Of a stretch of 64,000 nucleotides of DNA, positions 1 through 9,342 are shown piece by piece; the stretch's first letter is position 1, and each line of letters starts with the position of its first letter. Location of the stretch: NCBI GenBank assembly GCA_963667785.2, contig CAXXMU010000002.1, forward strand, positions 480,001 to 544,000, written 5' to 3'. The translations under genes and the position numbers were made by a program. The notes under the pieces are model-generated. The model was not told where the DNA came from, did not search any database, and was given only the letters and a program-made list of their open reading frames with translations. The DNA is from Alphaproteobacteria bacterium. GTDB taxonomy: Bacteria; Pseudomonadota; Alphaproteobacteria; UBA828.

Positions 1-141
1 GAACCTGATCGGAGAGAACTTCTAGGACATTTTTCTACGTTGGCGGCCGCCGGCGGCCGCCGCACTGCATCGACCGAGGAAACCATCGCCCAAGCCGGCG
101 ACAGGGCGACCATTCGAGGAACGCAGGCGAGGGAGGAAAGC

Positions 142-1449
142 ATGCGCAAGACCAAGAGCGACAGGAGCAAGACCGGCGTGAGCCGCCGCTCGATCCTCAA
201 GGGGACGGCGGCCGCGGCCGGCGTCGCCGCCGCGACCCAGCTCGGCGGCGGATTCCCGACCGTTTGGGCGCAGGACATCAAGGACATCACCGTCCGCACC
301 GTCGGCATGGCGGTGTCCAATATGAAGCCGCTCGAGGACATGGCCAACGAGGCCCTGGACTTCCAGGTCAGGCAGACGGCCGCCGAGATCCCGGCGATTC
401 AGTCGCGCGCGCTGACCCAGCCCAACTCGGGTGACCTCTTCGAGCCGCCCTACATGCTCATGAAGTTCATGTGGCCGTCCGGCAACTTCCAAGCCTGGGA
501 CACCACCCAGCTGCCCGAGTGGGACGCGGTGGTCAACCTCTACAAGGCGCCGGGCAAGATCTGGGATGACGCCTGGTTCGGCGATGGCCAGAACCCGAGC
601 ACGGTGGCCTACACCTCCGGCATCGACGCGACCGACTTTGTCGAGCCGGGTTCGACCCAGTGGATCACCAACCACCCGGTGCTGCACAACGCCGACACCC
701 TCGGCATCCGGCCCGACCTGATCGGTCGGCCCATCGATTCCTGGGCCGAGCTGATCAATCCGGAGTTCGCCGGCAAGGCGGCGCTCGTCGCCTTCCCGCA
801 AATCGGCCTCATGGACGCCGCCCAGGCCTTCCAGGCCAATGGCGAGATTGAGTACGGCGACAAGGGCAACATGACCCGCGAGGAGATCGACTACTCCATC
901 GACCGTCTCATCGAGCTCAAGGACAACGGCCACTGGCGCGTCCTCTGGTCGACCTTCAACGAATCGGTCCAGCTCATGGTCGAGGGTGAGGTCGTCATCC
1001 AGTCCATGTGGTCGCCGGCGGTGACCGCCGTGCGTGAGCAGGGCGTGCCCTGCATCTACCAGGATCTCAAGGAAGGCTACCGTTCCTGGACGCTGGGGCA
1101 TCTGCTGCCGAAGCACGTCGAGGGCAAGAAGCTTGGCGCCGTCTACGACTACGTGACCTGGTATCATTCGGGTCCGGCCGGCGCATTCTTTGCCCGCCAG
1201 GGCTACTACGTGGTGACGCCCAGCAACACCCAGAAGCACCTGCCCGAAGCCGAGTGGGATTTCTGGTTCGAGGGCAAGCCCGCCACGGTGGACATCTACA
1301 GCCCCTTCGGCAAGCTGATGGAGAAGCCGGGCGCGGTGCGCGACGGCGGCTCCTACAAGAACCGCATGGGCCGCGTCGCGGTGTGGAACTCGGTCATGGA
1401 CGAGAACGAGTACCTCACCGACCGCTGGAACGAGTTCATCGCCGCGTAA
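142..1449 (+). CDS. PotD/PotF-like ABC transporter substrate-binding protein, Tat-exported
   Basis: ATG at 142 follows GGGAGGAAAG RBS; twin-arginine signal SRRSILK; SBP motifs NADTLG, SW.EL, QSMWSPAV, KEGYRSW; two permeases follow. Confidence 0.85.
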   Translation: MRKTKSDRSKTGVSRRSILKGTAAAAGVAAATQLGGGFPTVWAQDIKDITVRTVGMAVSNMKPLEDMANEALDFQVRQTAAEIPAIQSRALTQPNSGDLFEPPYMLMKFMWPSGNFQAWDTTQLPEWDAVVNLYKAPGKIWDDAWFGDGQNPSTVAYTSGIDATDFVEPGSTQWITNHPVLHNADTLGIRPDLIGRPIDSWAELINPEFAGKAALVAFPQIGLMDAAQAFQANGEIEYGDKGNMTREEIDYSIDRLIELKDNGHWRVLWSTFNESVQLMVEGEVVIQSMWSPAVTAVREQGVPCIYQDLKEGYRSWTLGHLLPKHVEGKKLGAVYDYVTWYHSGPAGAFFARQGYYVVTPSNTQKHLPEAEWDFWFEGKPATVDIYSPFGKLMEKPGAVRDGGSYKNRMGRVAVWNSVMDENEYLTDRWNEFIAA

Positions 1450-1463
1450 GCGGCGAACGCATT

Positions 1464-1507
1464 GGGGGTTGCAGGGCGCGACGCCGCTCTGCACCCCCGC
1501 TTTCTTT
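1464..1507 (+). terminator. Hairpin plus T-tract after SBP gene (terminator or stabiliser)
   Basis: GGGGGTTGCAGGGCG...CGCTCTGCACCCCC followed by GCTTTCTTT. Confidence 0.6.
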
Positions 1508-1548
1508 GCTAAATCCCGAAGCGCGATAGTGCCGAAGAGTCAGCAATA

Positions 1549-2418
1549 ATGGCGGCGGTCAACGCTTTCTTGAAACGCTACGCGACGGCGTTGCAGATCT
1601 CGCCGCTGTTGATCACGCTCGTGTTCTTCCTCGTGGGGCCGGTGATCGTGATCCTGATCATCAGTCTGTGGAATTTCAATGGATTCATGATGGTGGAGGG
1701 CGACTGGACGTTCTCCAACTACACCAAATTGTTTTCGAAAAACCTGACTTTCGACAACTATGTACAAACCTTGAAGATGCTGGCGATCACGCTAGCAATC
1801 ACGACGGTTCTCGGCTTTACCCTTGCTTATTTTCTTGTTTTCGACCTAATCCAACTCCGGACCAAGCTACTCCTGTTCCTGCTCTGCGTCGTGCCGTTCT
1901 GGACCTCCGGCGTCATCCGCATGGTCGCCTGGATACCGTTCCTGGGGAAGGAAGGCATCATCAACCAGGCGGTGATGGCAGTCGGCATATCCGACACGCC
2001 CCTGGAATTCCTCCTGTTCTCGGAATTCGCCGTATTCCTGTCCTATGTGCAGATATTCACGCTCTTCATGATGGCGCCGCTCTTCAACGTCATGGCGCGT
2101 ATCAACCGCGATCTCATCGAGGCGGCAAAGGACAACGGCGCCTCCGGGATCCAGATCCTGATGCACGTGATCGTCCCGCTCTGCAAGCCGGGTCTTGCGA
2201 TCGGGGCGATCTTCGTCATCGCGCTGGTGGCGAGCGACTTCACGGCGATCCGCATCCTCAGCGGCGCGCGGGTCGGCACGGTCATGGCGTCGATGAGCAA
2301 CCAGATTTACAATGTCCAGTACCCGCCGGCGGCCGCCTCGGCCATCGTCCTGATGCTGGCCGTGTTGATCATCGTCGGCATCATCATGCGCCTCGTCGAC
2401 GTGCGAAAGCAGCTTTAG
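1549..2418 (+). CDS. ABC transporter permease (PotB-like)
   Basis: Hydrophobic; VVPFWTS motif and EAA loop (LIEAAKDNGAS). Confidence 0.88.
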   Translation: MAAVNAFLKRYATALQISPLLITLVFFLVGPVIVILIISLWNFNGFMMVEGDWTFSNYTKLFSKNLTFDNYVQTLKMLAITLAITTVLGFTLAYFLVFDLIQLRTKLLLFLLCVVPFWTSGVIRMVAWIPFLGKEGIINQAVMAVGISDTPLEFLLFSEFAVFLSYVQIFTLFMMAPLFNVMARINRDLIEAAKDNGASGIQILMHVIVPLCKPGLAIGAIFVIALVASDFTAIRILSGARVGTVMASMSNQIYNVQYPPAAASAIVLMLAVLIIVGIIMRLVDVRKQL

Positions 2419-2420
2419 CC

Positions 2421-3284
2421 ATGGGCCACGAAACCAGACGAGCACCGGGCTACTGGCCGCGTGCAGCGGTCTTCTACCTCTACCTCCTGTTCCTCTACGG
2501 GCCCATCATCATCATCGTGGTGCTTTCGTTCCAGGACGACGGCGCCTCGCTCTCTTTCCCGATGCAGGGCTTCTCACTCTTCTGGTTCAAGGAGGTGATC
2601 GACCCGTCCTACATCGGCGACTTCCGCTGGCCCTTCGGGCGCTCGCTCATTCTTGGCCTGATCGTCATGTTCCTCACCATGGGCATCTCGTTCCTTGCCG
2701 GTCTCGCGTTCCGCAGGAACTTCACCGGCAACATCGTGGTCTTCTATATCGTCGTGGCCAGCCTGATTTGCCCGTCGATCCTGATCAGCCTGGGCATCGG
2801 GCTGGGCTTCTCCAACCTGGGCATGACCAGCCAGTGGTGGTCCGGCGCCCTCGGCGCGCACCTGAGCTGGACGCTGCCGTTCGGCGTTCTCATCATGCTG
2901 GCGGTGTTCAGCCGGCTCGACCCGAGGCTGGAGGAGGCGGCAAGGGACCAAGGAGCGACCCAGTGGCAAACGCTCCGCCACGTGATCGTGCCGATCACGC
3001 TGCCGGGGTTGATCGGCGTCGCCCTCTTCGGGTTCACGCTCTCTTACGACGAGTTCCCGCGCACGTCGTCCGTGGCGGGCGAGTTCAACACGCTTCCGGT
3101 CGAGCTTGTGAACACGCTCACGCTGGCCGCCACGCCGGCGATCTACGCCATCGGAACGATGACGACGGTGTTCTCGCTCGTGGTGATTTTCGTGAGCTTC
3201 TTGGCCGTTTACATCATCCAGAAGCGGCGCACCGGCGCCGGATTCAATATCGCAAGGAAGGCCGGGAAGGCGTCGGACGGCTAG
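2421..3284 (+). CDS. ABC transporter permease (PotC-like)
   Basis: ATG at 2421 just after the previous stop; FLYGP..LSF, EAA loop (LEEAARDQGA), FTLSYDEF. The longer ORF from 1668 is a spurious extension. Confidence 0.88.
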   Translation: MGHETRRAPGYWPRAAVFYLYLLFLYGPIIIIVVLSFQDDGASLSFPMQGFSLFWFKEVIDPSYIGDFRWPFGRSLILGLIVMFLTMGISFLAGLAFRRNFTGNIVVFYIVVASLICPSILISLGIGLGFSNLGMTSQWWSGALGAHLSWTLPFGVLIMLAVFSRLDPRLEEAARDQGATQWQTLRHVIVPITLPGLIGVALFGFTLSYDEFPRTSSVAGEFNTLPVELVNTLTLAATPAIYAIGTMTTVFSLVVIFVSFLAVYIIQKRRTGAGFNIARKAGKASDG

Positions 3285-3392
3285 GCCGGGCGGCCATCGC
3301 GGGCAGGGTCCGGTTCCGCTCGATACCGGATGCCGGCCGCCGCGGTGTGCCGGCGCGGCTTTCGCCGACCCCGCTGACCGGAAGGAGGAAGC

Positions 3393-5447
3393 ATGGCTTT
3401 TCGCTTAGGCGTCGACGTCGGCGGCACCTTCACCGATCTCCTGCTGATCGACGAATCGAGTGGCGGCACCTTCCGGGCGAAGGTTCCCTCGACTCCGCAT
3501 GATTCGTCGATCGGCGTGCTCAACGGCATCGAGCGCGTGTGCGAGAACGCCGGCGTCGAGCCCGCCCAGATCACCCACGTGATGCACGGCACCACCGTCG
3601 CCACGAACACCATCCTGGAGGGCAAGGGCGCCCGCGTCGGCCTCGTGACCACTGAGGGCTACGGGCAGATGCTGCAGATCGCACGCTCCTTCGTGCCCGG
3701 CATCCTCGCCGGCTGGATCATCTGGCCCAAGCCGGAGCCGCTGGCGCCGCTGGAGCTGACGGTCGAGGCCCGGGAACGCTCCAGCGCGCGCGGCGAGGTC
3801 GTCCGCGAGCTGAAGGAGGACGACCTGCGCGAGAAGCTCGGCCACCTCAAGGCGCAGGGGATCGAGGCGCTGACCGTTTGCCTGATGAACGCCTACGCGG
3901 GCGGCGAGCACGAGGAGCGGATTCGCGAGATCGCGAACGAGGTGATGCCGGGCGTGCCGGTTTCGATCTCCTCCGAGGTCCTGCCGGAGATGTACGAGTA
4001 CGAGCGCGCCATCACCACGGTCGCCAACTCCTACGTGGCGCCGGTGGTGCAGGGCTACGTCGCCAACCTGGAGCGTGAGCTGGAGCAGCGTAGGATCGAC
4101 GCCCATCTCCACATCCTGCGCTCGGACGGCGGGCTCGCCTCGGTGGAGGCCAGTCGCAACTCGCCGGTGAACGTGCTGATGAGCGGGCCTGCCGGCGGCG
4201 TCGCCGGGGCGCTCTGGATCGCCAGGCAGGCGGGCTACCAGAACCTGCTCACCCTCGACATGGGTGGCACGTCGACTGATGTGGCCCTGATCCTCGACGG
4301 CGTGCCGCGCAAGCGGCGCGAGACCACGGTGGGCGACGTGACGGTGCGAGCGCCCTCGCTCGACGTCCGCACCGTGGGTGCGGGCGGCGGCTCGATCGCG
4401 CACGTGCCTGAGATCACGGGCGCGCTCCGCGTCGGCCCGCAGAGCGCAGGCGCCGATCCCGGTCCCGCCGCCTACGGGCAGGGTGGCGATCAGCCGACCG
4501 TCACGGATGCCAATGTCGTGCTCGGCTACCTGCCGAGCGATCTGATCGGCGGCGAGATGAAGCTCGACGTGGATGCCTCCGTCGCCGCGGTGCAGACCGT
4601 GGCTACGGCTCTCGGCCTCGACCTCAAGCGGGCTGCGGCCGGGATCATCGACATCGTCAACGAGAACATGTTCGGCGCGCTCAGGCTTGTCTCGGTGCAG
4701 CAGGGCTTCGATCCGCGCGACTTCGCGCTGATCGCGTTCGGCGGGGCCGGGCCGCTGCACGCCAACGCGCTCGCCAGGCTGATGAACTCGTGGCCCGTCA
4801 TCATCCCGCCCTCACCGGGCGTGCTGTGCGCCTACGGCGACGCCACGACGCGGGTCACCGACGAGGCCTCGATGAGCTTCGTGCGGCGCTTCTCGGAGAC
4901 CTCGGACGCCGAGGTGCGCGGTATCCTGGACGACCTCGAGGCCCGCGCCCGGCAGGAGCTCGACGCCGAGGGCATCGGCCGGGACGACCAGTCCGTGCAG
5001 TACGAGGTGGACCTGCGCTACCACGGCCAGGGGCTGCAGCTTCCTGTGAGCTTCACCGCGGAGGAGTTCGAGCGCGACGGGCTTGGCTGGCTCGCCAGGC
5101 AGTTCGACGACGAGCACACCCAGCTCTTCACCTTCGCGCTGGACGCCGAACACGAGATCGTGACGCTCCGCGCCATCGTCCGGGGGGCGGAGACCTTCGT
5201 CGAGGCGGGCACCGTGCCGGACGGTGGGCTCGACCCGGCGGAGGCCAAGGTTGCGAGCGGCACGGTTTACGTCGACAATCGCGACCAGGAGGCGGCCGTC
5301 TACGACCGTGTCAGGCTCAAGGCCGGCAACAGGATCGAGGGGCCGGCGATCGTGACCGAGATGGATTCGACCACGCTGGTCCTGCCGGGCCATGTCGGCG
5401 TGGTCGACGGATACGGCAACATCATCATCAACCCGGTCGGCCACTGA
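3393..5447 (+). CDS. Hydantoinase A / 5-oxoprolinase-family ATP-binding subunit
   Basis: GVDVGGTFTD, HGTTVATN, SGPAGG, DMGGTSTD, GAGGGS, AFGGAGPLH; RBS GGAGG. Confidence 0.92.
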   Translation: MAFRLGVDVGGTFTDLLLIDESSGGTFRAKVPSTPHDSSIGVLNGIERVCENAGVEPAQITHVMHGTTVATNTILEGKGARVGLVTTEGYGQMLQIARSFVPGILAGWIIWPKPEPLAPLELTVEARERSSARGEVVRELKEDDLREKLGHLKAQGIEALTVCLMNAYAGGEHEERIREIANEVMPGVPVSISSEVLPEMYEYERAITTVANSYVAPVVQGYVANLERELEQRRIDAHLHILRSDGGLASVEASRNSPVNVLMSGPAGGVAGALWIARQAGYQNLLTLDMGGTSTDVALILDGVPRKRRETTVGDVTVRAPSLDVRTVGAGGGSIAHVPEITGALRVGPQSAGADPGPAAYGQGGDQPTVTDANVVLGYLPSDLIGGEMKLDVDASVAAVQTVATALGLDLKRAAAGIIDIVNENMFGALRLVSVQQGFDPRDFALIAFGGAGPLHANALARLMNSWPVIIPPSPGVLCAYGDATTRVTDEASMSFVRRFSETSDAEVRGILDDLEARARQELDAEGIGRDDQSVQYEVDLRYHGQGLQLPVSFTAEEFERDGLGWLARQFDDEHTQLFTFALDAEHEIVTLRAIVRGAETFVEAGTVPDGGLDPAEAKVASGTVYVDNRDQEAAVYDRVRLKAGNRIEGPAIVTEMDSTTLVLPGHVGVVDGYGNIIINPVGH

Positions 5448-5464
5448 GTCGGGGGAGGAGCGAC

Positions 5465-7390
5465 ATGCCAGTCACCATCGTCCAGACCAACGACGTGCCC
5501 TTCGAGCCGGTCGAGATGGATCCGATCACTCTCGACATCATCGAGAGCGCGCTGCGCAGCGCCCGCTACGAGATGGACGCCGTGCTCTACCGCACCGCCA
5601 TGTCGCCGGGAATCCGCGAGCAGCACGACGAGTTCCCGATGATCGCCAACCCCGACGGCAAGATGGTCGTCGGCCAGTTCGGCTCCTTCATCCACGGCTT
5701 CAAGCGCGAGTATGACGGCACGATCGAGGAGGGGGACATCTTCCTCACCTCCGATCCCTACAGCTGCGCCGGCGCCATCAGCCACGCGCCGGACTGGCTG
5801 ATCCTGCGCCCTGTCTATCGCGACGGTCGGCTCATCGCCTACGCCTCGATGTTCGGCCACATGACCGACGTCGGCGGCAAGGTGCCGGGGAGCCTGCCGA
5901 CCGACGCCAACCAGATCTACGAGGAAGGCGTCGTCATCCCGGTGGTCAAGATCTACAAGAACGACGTGCTGCAGGAAGACGTCCTCAAGGTGATCCTGCA
6001 CCAGTGCCGCATGCCGCAGTGGAACCGGAGCGACTTCAACGCGCTGATTGCCGCCGTCCGGCTCGCCGAGAAGCGCATCCACGAGCTCTGCGACCGCTTC
6101 GGCGTCGATACCGTGATCGCGGCGATGGACGAGCTGCTGGAGCGCAACCGGCGCGCCATGCTGCACCTGATCCGCAACACCGTCGGCGAGGACGAGACCC
6201 TCTATTTCGAGGACTACATTTGCGACGACGGGCTCGGCATGGGCCCCTACAAGATGGCCTGCAAGATGTGGCGCGACGGCGACGTGCTGGTCTTCGATTT
6301 CGACGGCACCGATCCGCAGTCCGAGAGCTCGATCAACTTCTTCCTCAACGAAGAAATGTTCAAGATGTTCGTCGGCGTCTACATGATCAACGTGTTCGAT
6401 CCGCAGATCATGTTCAACGACGGCTTCTACGACCATGTCGACGTGCGGATCCCGCCGGGAACACTGCTCAAGCCGCTGAAGCCCGCGGCGCTCTCGTCCA
6501 GGACCCATGCGCTGGGGCGCATCTTCGACGTGCTCGGCGGCCTGCTCGGCCAGCGGGCGCCCAACCTCATGGTGGCAGCCGGCTTCTCCGACAGCCCGCA
6601 CTTCATGTATTCGGGCTATTCCAGTGAGGGCGAGTGGTACCAGCTCTACCAGATCGGCTTCGGCGGCATTCCCGGCCGGCCGGCGGGCGACGGCCCCGAC
6701 GGGCACTCGCTCTGGCCCTCCTTCACCAACGTCCCCAACGAGTTCCTGGAGGCCTACTTCCCGCTCCGGATCGAGGTCTACGAGACCATCCCGGATTCCG
6801 GCGGGCCCGGCCTCCATCGCGGCGGCAACGGCGTGACCATCGGCTACCGCGCGCTGGAGCCCGGCGAGATGTCGCTGCACGACGACCGCTGGCTCACCTA
6901 TCCGTGGGGGGTCAACGGCGGCCTGCCCGGCGGGCGCAGCCGCAAGGAGATCCACCGCGCCGACGGCTCGTTCGAGGTGCTGCCGTCCAAGTGCGACCAT
7001 GTGAAGGTCGAGGCCGGCGACCTACTGCTCTTCAAGACCTGGGGCGGCGGCGGCTGGGGCGACCCCTACGAGCGCGACCCGGCGCTGGTGGCGCTCGAGG
7101 TCGAGCGCGGCCTCGTCACGCGCGCCGGCGCCGAGCGCTACGGCGTGGTGCTGAAGGACGACCTGATGGTCGACGAGAAGGCGACGGCGGCGTTGCGGGA
7201 GAAGCTCCGCGCAGAGCGGGGCGAGGTGCAGCTCTTCGATCGCGGCGGGACGGTGGAGGAGCTTCGCGCCCGGTGCGAGGAGGAGACGCTGCTCGCGCCG
7301 CCGAAGCCGCCGGAGTTCAACCGCCGGGTGCTGCGCTTCCTGCAGGAGCGGGAGGCCAAGGCCGCCGAGGCCGGCGCCGCCGCCGAATAG
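5465..7390 (+). CDS. Hydantoinase B / 5-oxoprolinase-family subunit
   Basis: ATG at 5465 after GGGGAGGAG; DPITLDII, SDPY, H.TDVGG, DSGGPG..RGG, GGGGWGDP. Confidence 0.92.
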   Translation: MPVTIVQTNDVPFEPVEMDPITLDIIESALRSARYEMDAVLYRTAMSPGIREQHDEFPMIANPDGKMVVGQFGSFIHGFKREYDGTIEEGDIFLTSDPYSCAGAISHAPDWLILRPVYRDGRLIAYASMFGHMTDVGGKVPGSLPTDANQIYEEGVVIPVVKIYKNDVLQEDVLKVILHQCRMPQWNRSDFNALIAAVRLAEKRIHELCDRFGVDTVIAAMDELLERNRRAMLHLIRNTVGEDETLYFEDYICDDGLGMGPYKMACKMWRDGDVLVFDFDGTDPQSESSINFFLNEEMFKMFVGVYMINVFDPQIMFNDGFYDHVDVRIPPGTLLKPLKPAALSSRTHALGRIFDVLGGLLGQRAPNLMVAAGFSDSPHFMYSGYSSEGEWYQLYQIGFGGIPGRPAGDGPDGHSLWPSFTNVPNEFLEAYFPLRIEVYETIPDSGGPGLHRGGNGVTIGYRALEPGEMSLHDDRWLTYPWGVNGGLPGGRSRKEIHRADGSFEVLPSKCDHVKVEAGDLLLFKTWGGGGWGDPYERDPALVALEVERGLVTRAGAERYGVVLKDDLMVDEKATAALREKLRAERGEVQLFDRGGTVEELRARCEEETLLAPPKPPEFNRRVLRFLQEREAKAAEAGAAAE

Positions 7391-7415
7391 GGCGGCCGCC
7401 CATTCATGTGATGAC

Positions 7416-7441
7416 AGGCCCCGCCGGAGACGGCGGGGCCT
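7416..7441. terminator. Hairpin between convergent hyuB and lyase genes
   Basis: AGGCCCCGCCG-GAGA-CGGCGGGGCCT, a perfect 11-bp stem with a GNRA loop. Confidence 0.65.
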
Positions 7442-7445
7442 TCCT

Positions 7446-8339
7446 CTATTCGGCCGCCTCGGCCTCGGGCCGGGCCCAGCGCCGCTCGAAGGCCCAGACG
7501 TCCTCGAAGCCCATGAGCGTGTGCATCTCCGGCAGTGAGATCATCGGCGCATCGACGTTGGCGGTGGAGCCGTCGCGCAGCAGGGATTCGAAGGCGCTCT
7601 TCATGGCGCCGGCCGCCGGCAGCATGCCGATGGCGGGATAGATCGCGATGCTGAAGCCCAGCTCCGCCAGCCGGTCCGCCGGCACGATCGGGGTCTTGCC
7701 GCTGTCCACCATGTTCGCGAGCAGCGGCTTGTCGAAGGTCTCGCCGATGCGCGCGATCTCCGCTTCGTTCTCCGGCGCCTCGATGAAGATCACGTCGGCG
7801 CCTGCTTCCGCGTAGGCCCGGCCGCGGGCCAGGGCCTCGTCGAGGCCGAGGGCGGTGCGCGCGTCGGTGCGTGCGATGATCAGGAAGTTGGGGTCCGAGC
7901 GCGCCTCCACCGCGACCCGAACCTTCTCGACCATGTCGTCCACGGGCACGACGCGGCGGTCCGGCGTGTGCCCGCACTTCTTCGGGATCTCCTGGTCCTC
8001 GAGCTGGATCGCGCTGCAGCCGGCGTCCTCGTAGCCCTGCACGGTATGGCGGACGTTGAGGAGGCCGCCGAAGCCCGTGTCCGCATCGCAAATCAGCGGC
8101 GACGCGGTGCGGCCCGCGATGGTGCGGACCCTGCCGACCACGTCGGCATAGCTCGCGATTCCGGCGTCGGGCAGGCCGAGATGGGAGGCAGCCACGCCGT
8201 AGCCGGTCATGTAGAGCGCCCGGAAACCCATGCTGTCGGCGAGCCGGGCGGAGATCATGTCGTAGACGCCGGGGGCGACGACGAACTGCCCCTCCTTGAT
8301 CGCGCCGGCAAGCGCGGCACGCTTCTCGCTCGCATTCAT
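7446..8339 (-). CDS. Isocitrate lyase/PEP mutase superfamily C-C lyase (2-methylisocitrate/2,3-dimethylmalate lyase-like)
   Basis: PGVYD, YMTGYG, DADTGFG, EDQ..PKKCGH (lyase-type loop), ARTDAR. Confidence 0.88.
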   Translation of the reverse strand: MNASEKRAALAGAIKEGQFVVAPGVYDMISARLADSMGFRALYMTGYGVAASHLGLPDAGIASYADVVGRVRTIAGRTASPLICDADTGFGGLLNVRHTVQGYEDAGCSAIQLEDQEIPKKCGHTPDRRVVPVDDMVEKVRVAVEARSDPNFLIIARTDARTALGLDEALARGRAYAEAGADVIFIEAPENEAEIARIGETFDKPLLANMVDSGKTPIVPADRLAELGFSIAIYPAIGMLPAAGAMKSAFESLLRDGSTANVDAPMISLPEMHTLMGFEDVWAFERRWARPEAEAAE

Positions 8340-8364
8340 GGTCGTTCCTCCGTCTGGGGGCGGG

Positions 8365-9252
8365 CTAGCCGCGATGGGCGTCGAGGAAGCCCAGCAGGGT
8401 CTCGAAATAGGCCTCCGGCTCCTCGTACATCGGCAGGTGGGACGAGTTCGGGAACACCTTGATCTGCGAGTTGGGCAGCGCGGCGTGGAGCTTCATGGAG
8501 CACGCCGGTGTCAGCTCGTCGTGCTGGCCGCAGAGCACCAGCGCCGGCTGATGCACCCGGTGCAGCTCGGGCAGCCAGTTCTTGTCCTTGATGGAGCCCG
8601 TGTAGCAGAACTCGTTGGGGCCCTGGATCGCCTCGTAGGGGCCCATGTTCCAGTCGCCGAGGGAGCGCGTGACCGGGGCCGGCCAGTGGTCCAGCCTGCA
8701 AACGTGGCGATAGTTGAGGATCGTGATCGCCGCCTGATAGGTGGGGTGGTCGATGGTGCCTTCCGCCTCGTGGCGCTGCATCATCGCCTCGGTCTCCGGC
8801 CCCAGCGCATGGCGCAGCCGATGCAGCTCGCTCACCAGATGGGGGATGTCGCCGGCGCCGTTGGCAAGGATGAAGGTCTTGAAGCTGTCGGGATAGGCGA
8901 GCGCGTACTCCTGGCCGAGCCAGGTGCCCCAGGACTGGCCGTAGTAGTGGACCCGGCCGAGCCCAAGCGCGGTGCGCACGGTCTCCACCTCCTCGACGTA
9001 GCGCTCGATGGTCCAGAGCGCCTCGTCCTCCGGGCGATCCGACCTGCCGGTGCCGAGCTGGTCGAAGGCCACGACCCGGTAGCCCTTGTCCGCGAGCCAG
9101 GAGTGGGCGTCGCGCACGTAATCGCAGGGCAGGCCCGGCCCGCCGTTGACGCAGAACAGGACCTCGTCGCCCGAGCCGAAGCTGTAGGCGACCACGTTGT
9201 AGCCGTCGACGGTGACGTCGATGGTCTCGTCCGGTGCGCGATCGTCCATCAT
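8365..9252 (-). CDS. Proline iminopeptidase / L-amino acid amidase family alpha/beta hydrolase
   Basis: NGGPG oxyanion motif, DQLGTGRS, GQSWG nucleophile, HDE, SSH; GGAGGGAG RBS before ATG 9252. Confidence 0.85.
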   Translation of the reverse strand: MMDDRAPDETIDVTVDGYNVVAYSFGSGDEVLFCVNGGPGLPCDYVRDAHSWLADKGYRVVAFDQLGTGRSDRPEDEALWTIERYVEEVETVRTALGLGRVHYYGQSWGTWLGQEYALAYPDSFKTFILANGAGDIPHLVSELHRLRHALGPETEAMMQRHEAEGTIDHPTYQAAITILNYRHVCRLDHWPAPVTRSLGDWNMGPYEAIQGPNEFCYTGSIKDKNWLPELHRVHQPALVLCGQHDELTPACSMKLHAALPNSQIKVFPNSSHLPMYEEPEAYFETLLGFLDAHRG

Positions 9253-9342
9253 GGCCGCCGCTCCCTCCAGAATGGCGCGGCGGAGTGTTCCACAATTGCG
9301 GACCGCCTCCAAGCGGGCCCGCGCGGCGCCGGGCTGGCGCGC

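Noticed and set aside
7446-8339. Second PEP mutase / phosphonate biosynthesis gene
   Set aside because: It has the lyase-type PKKCGH loop, not the EDKxxxxxNS signature of PEP mutase.
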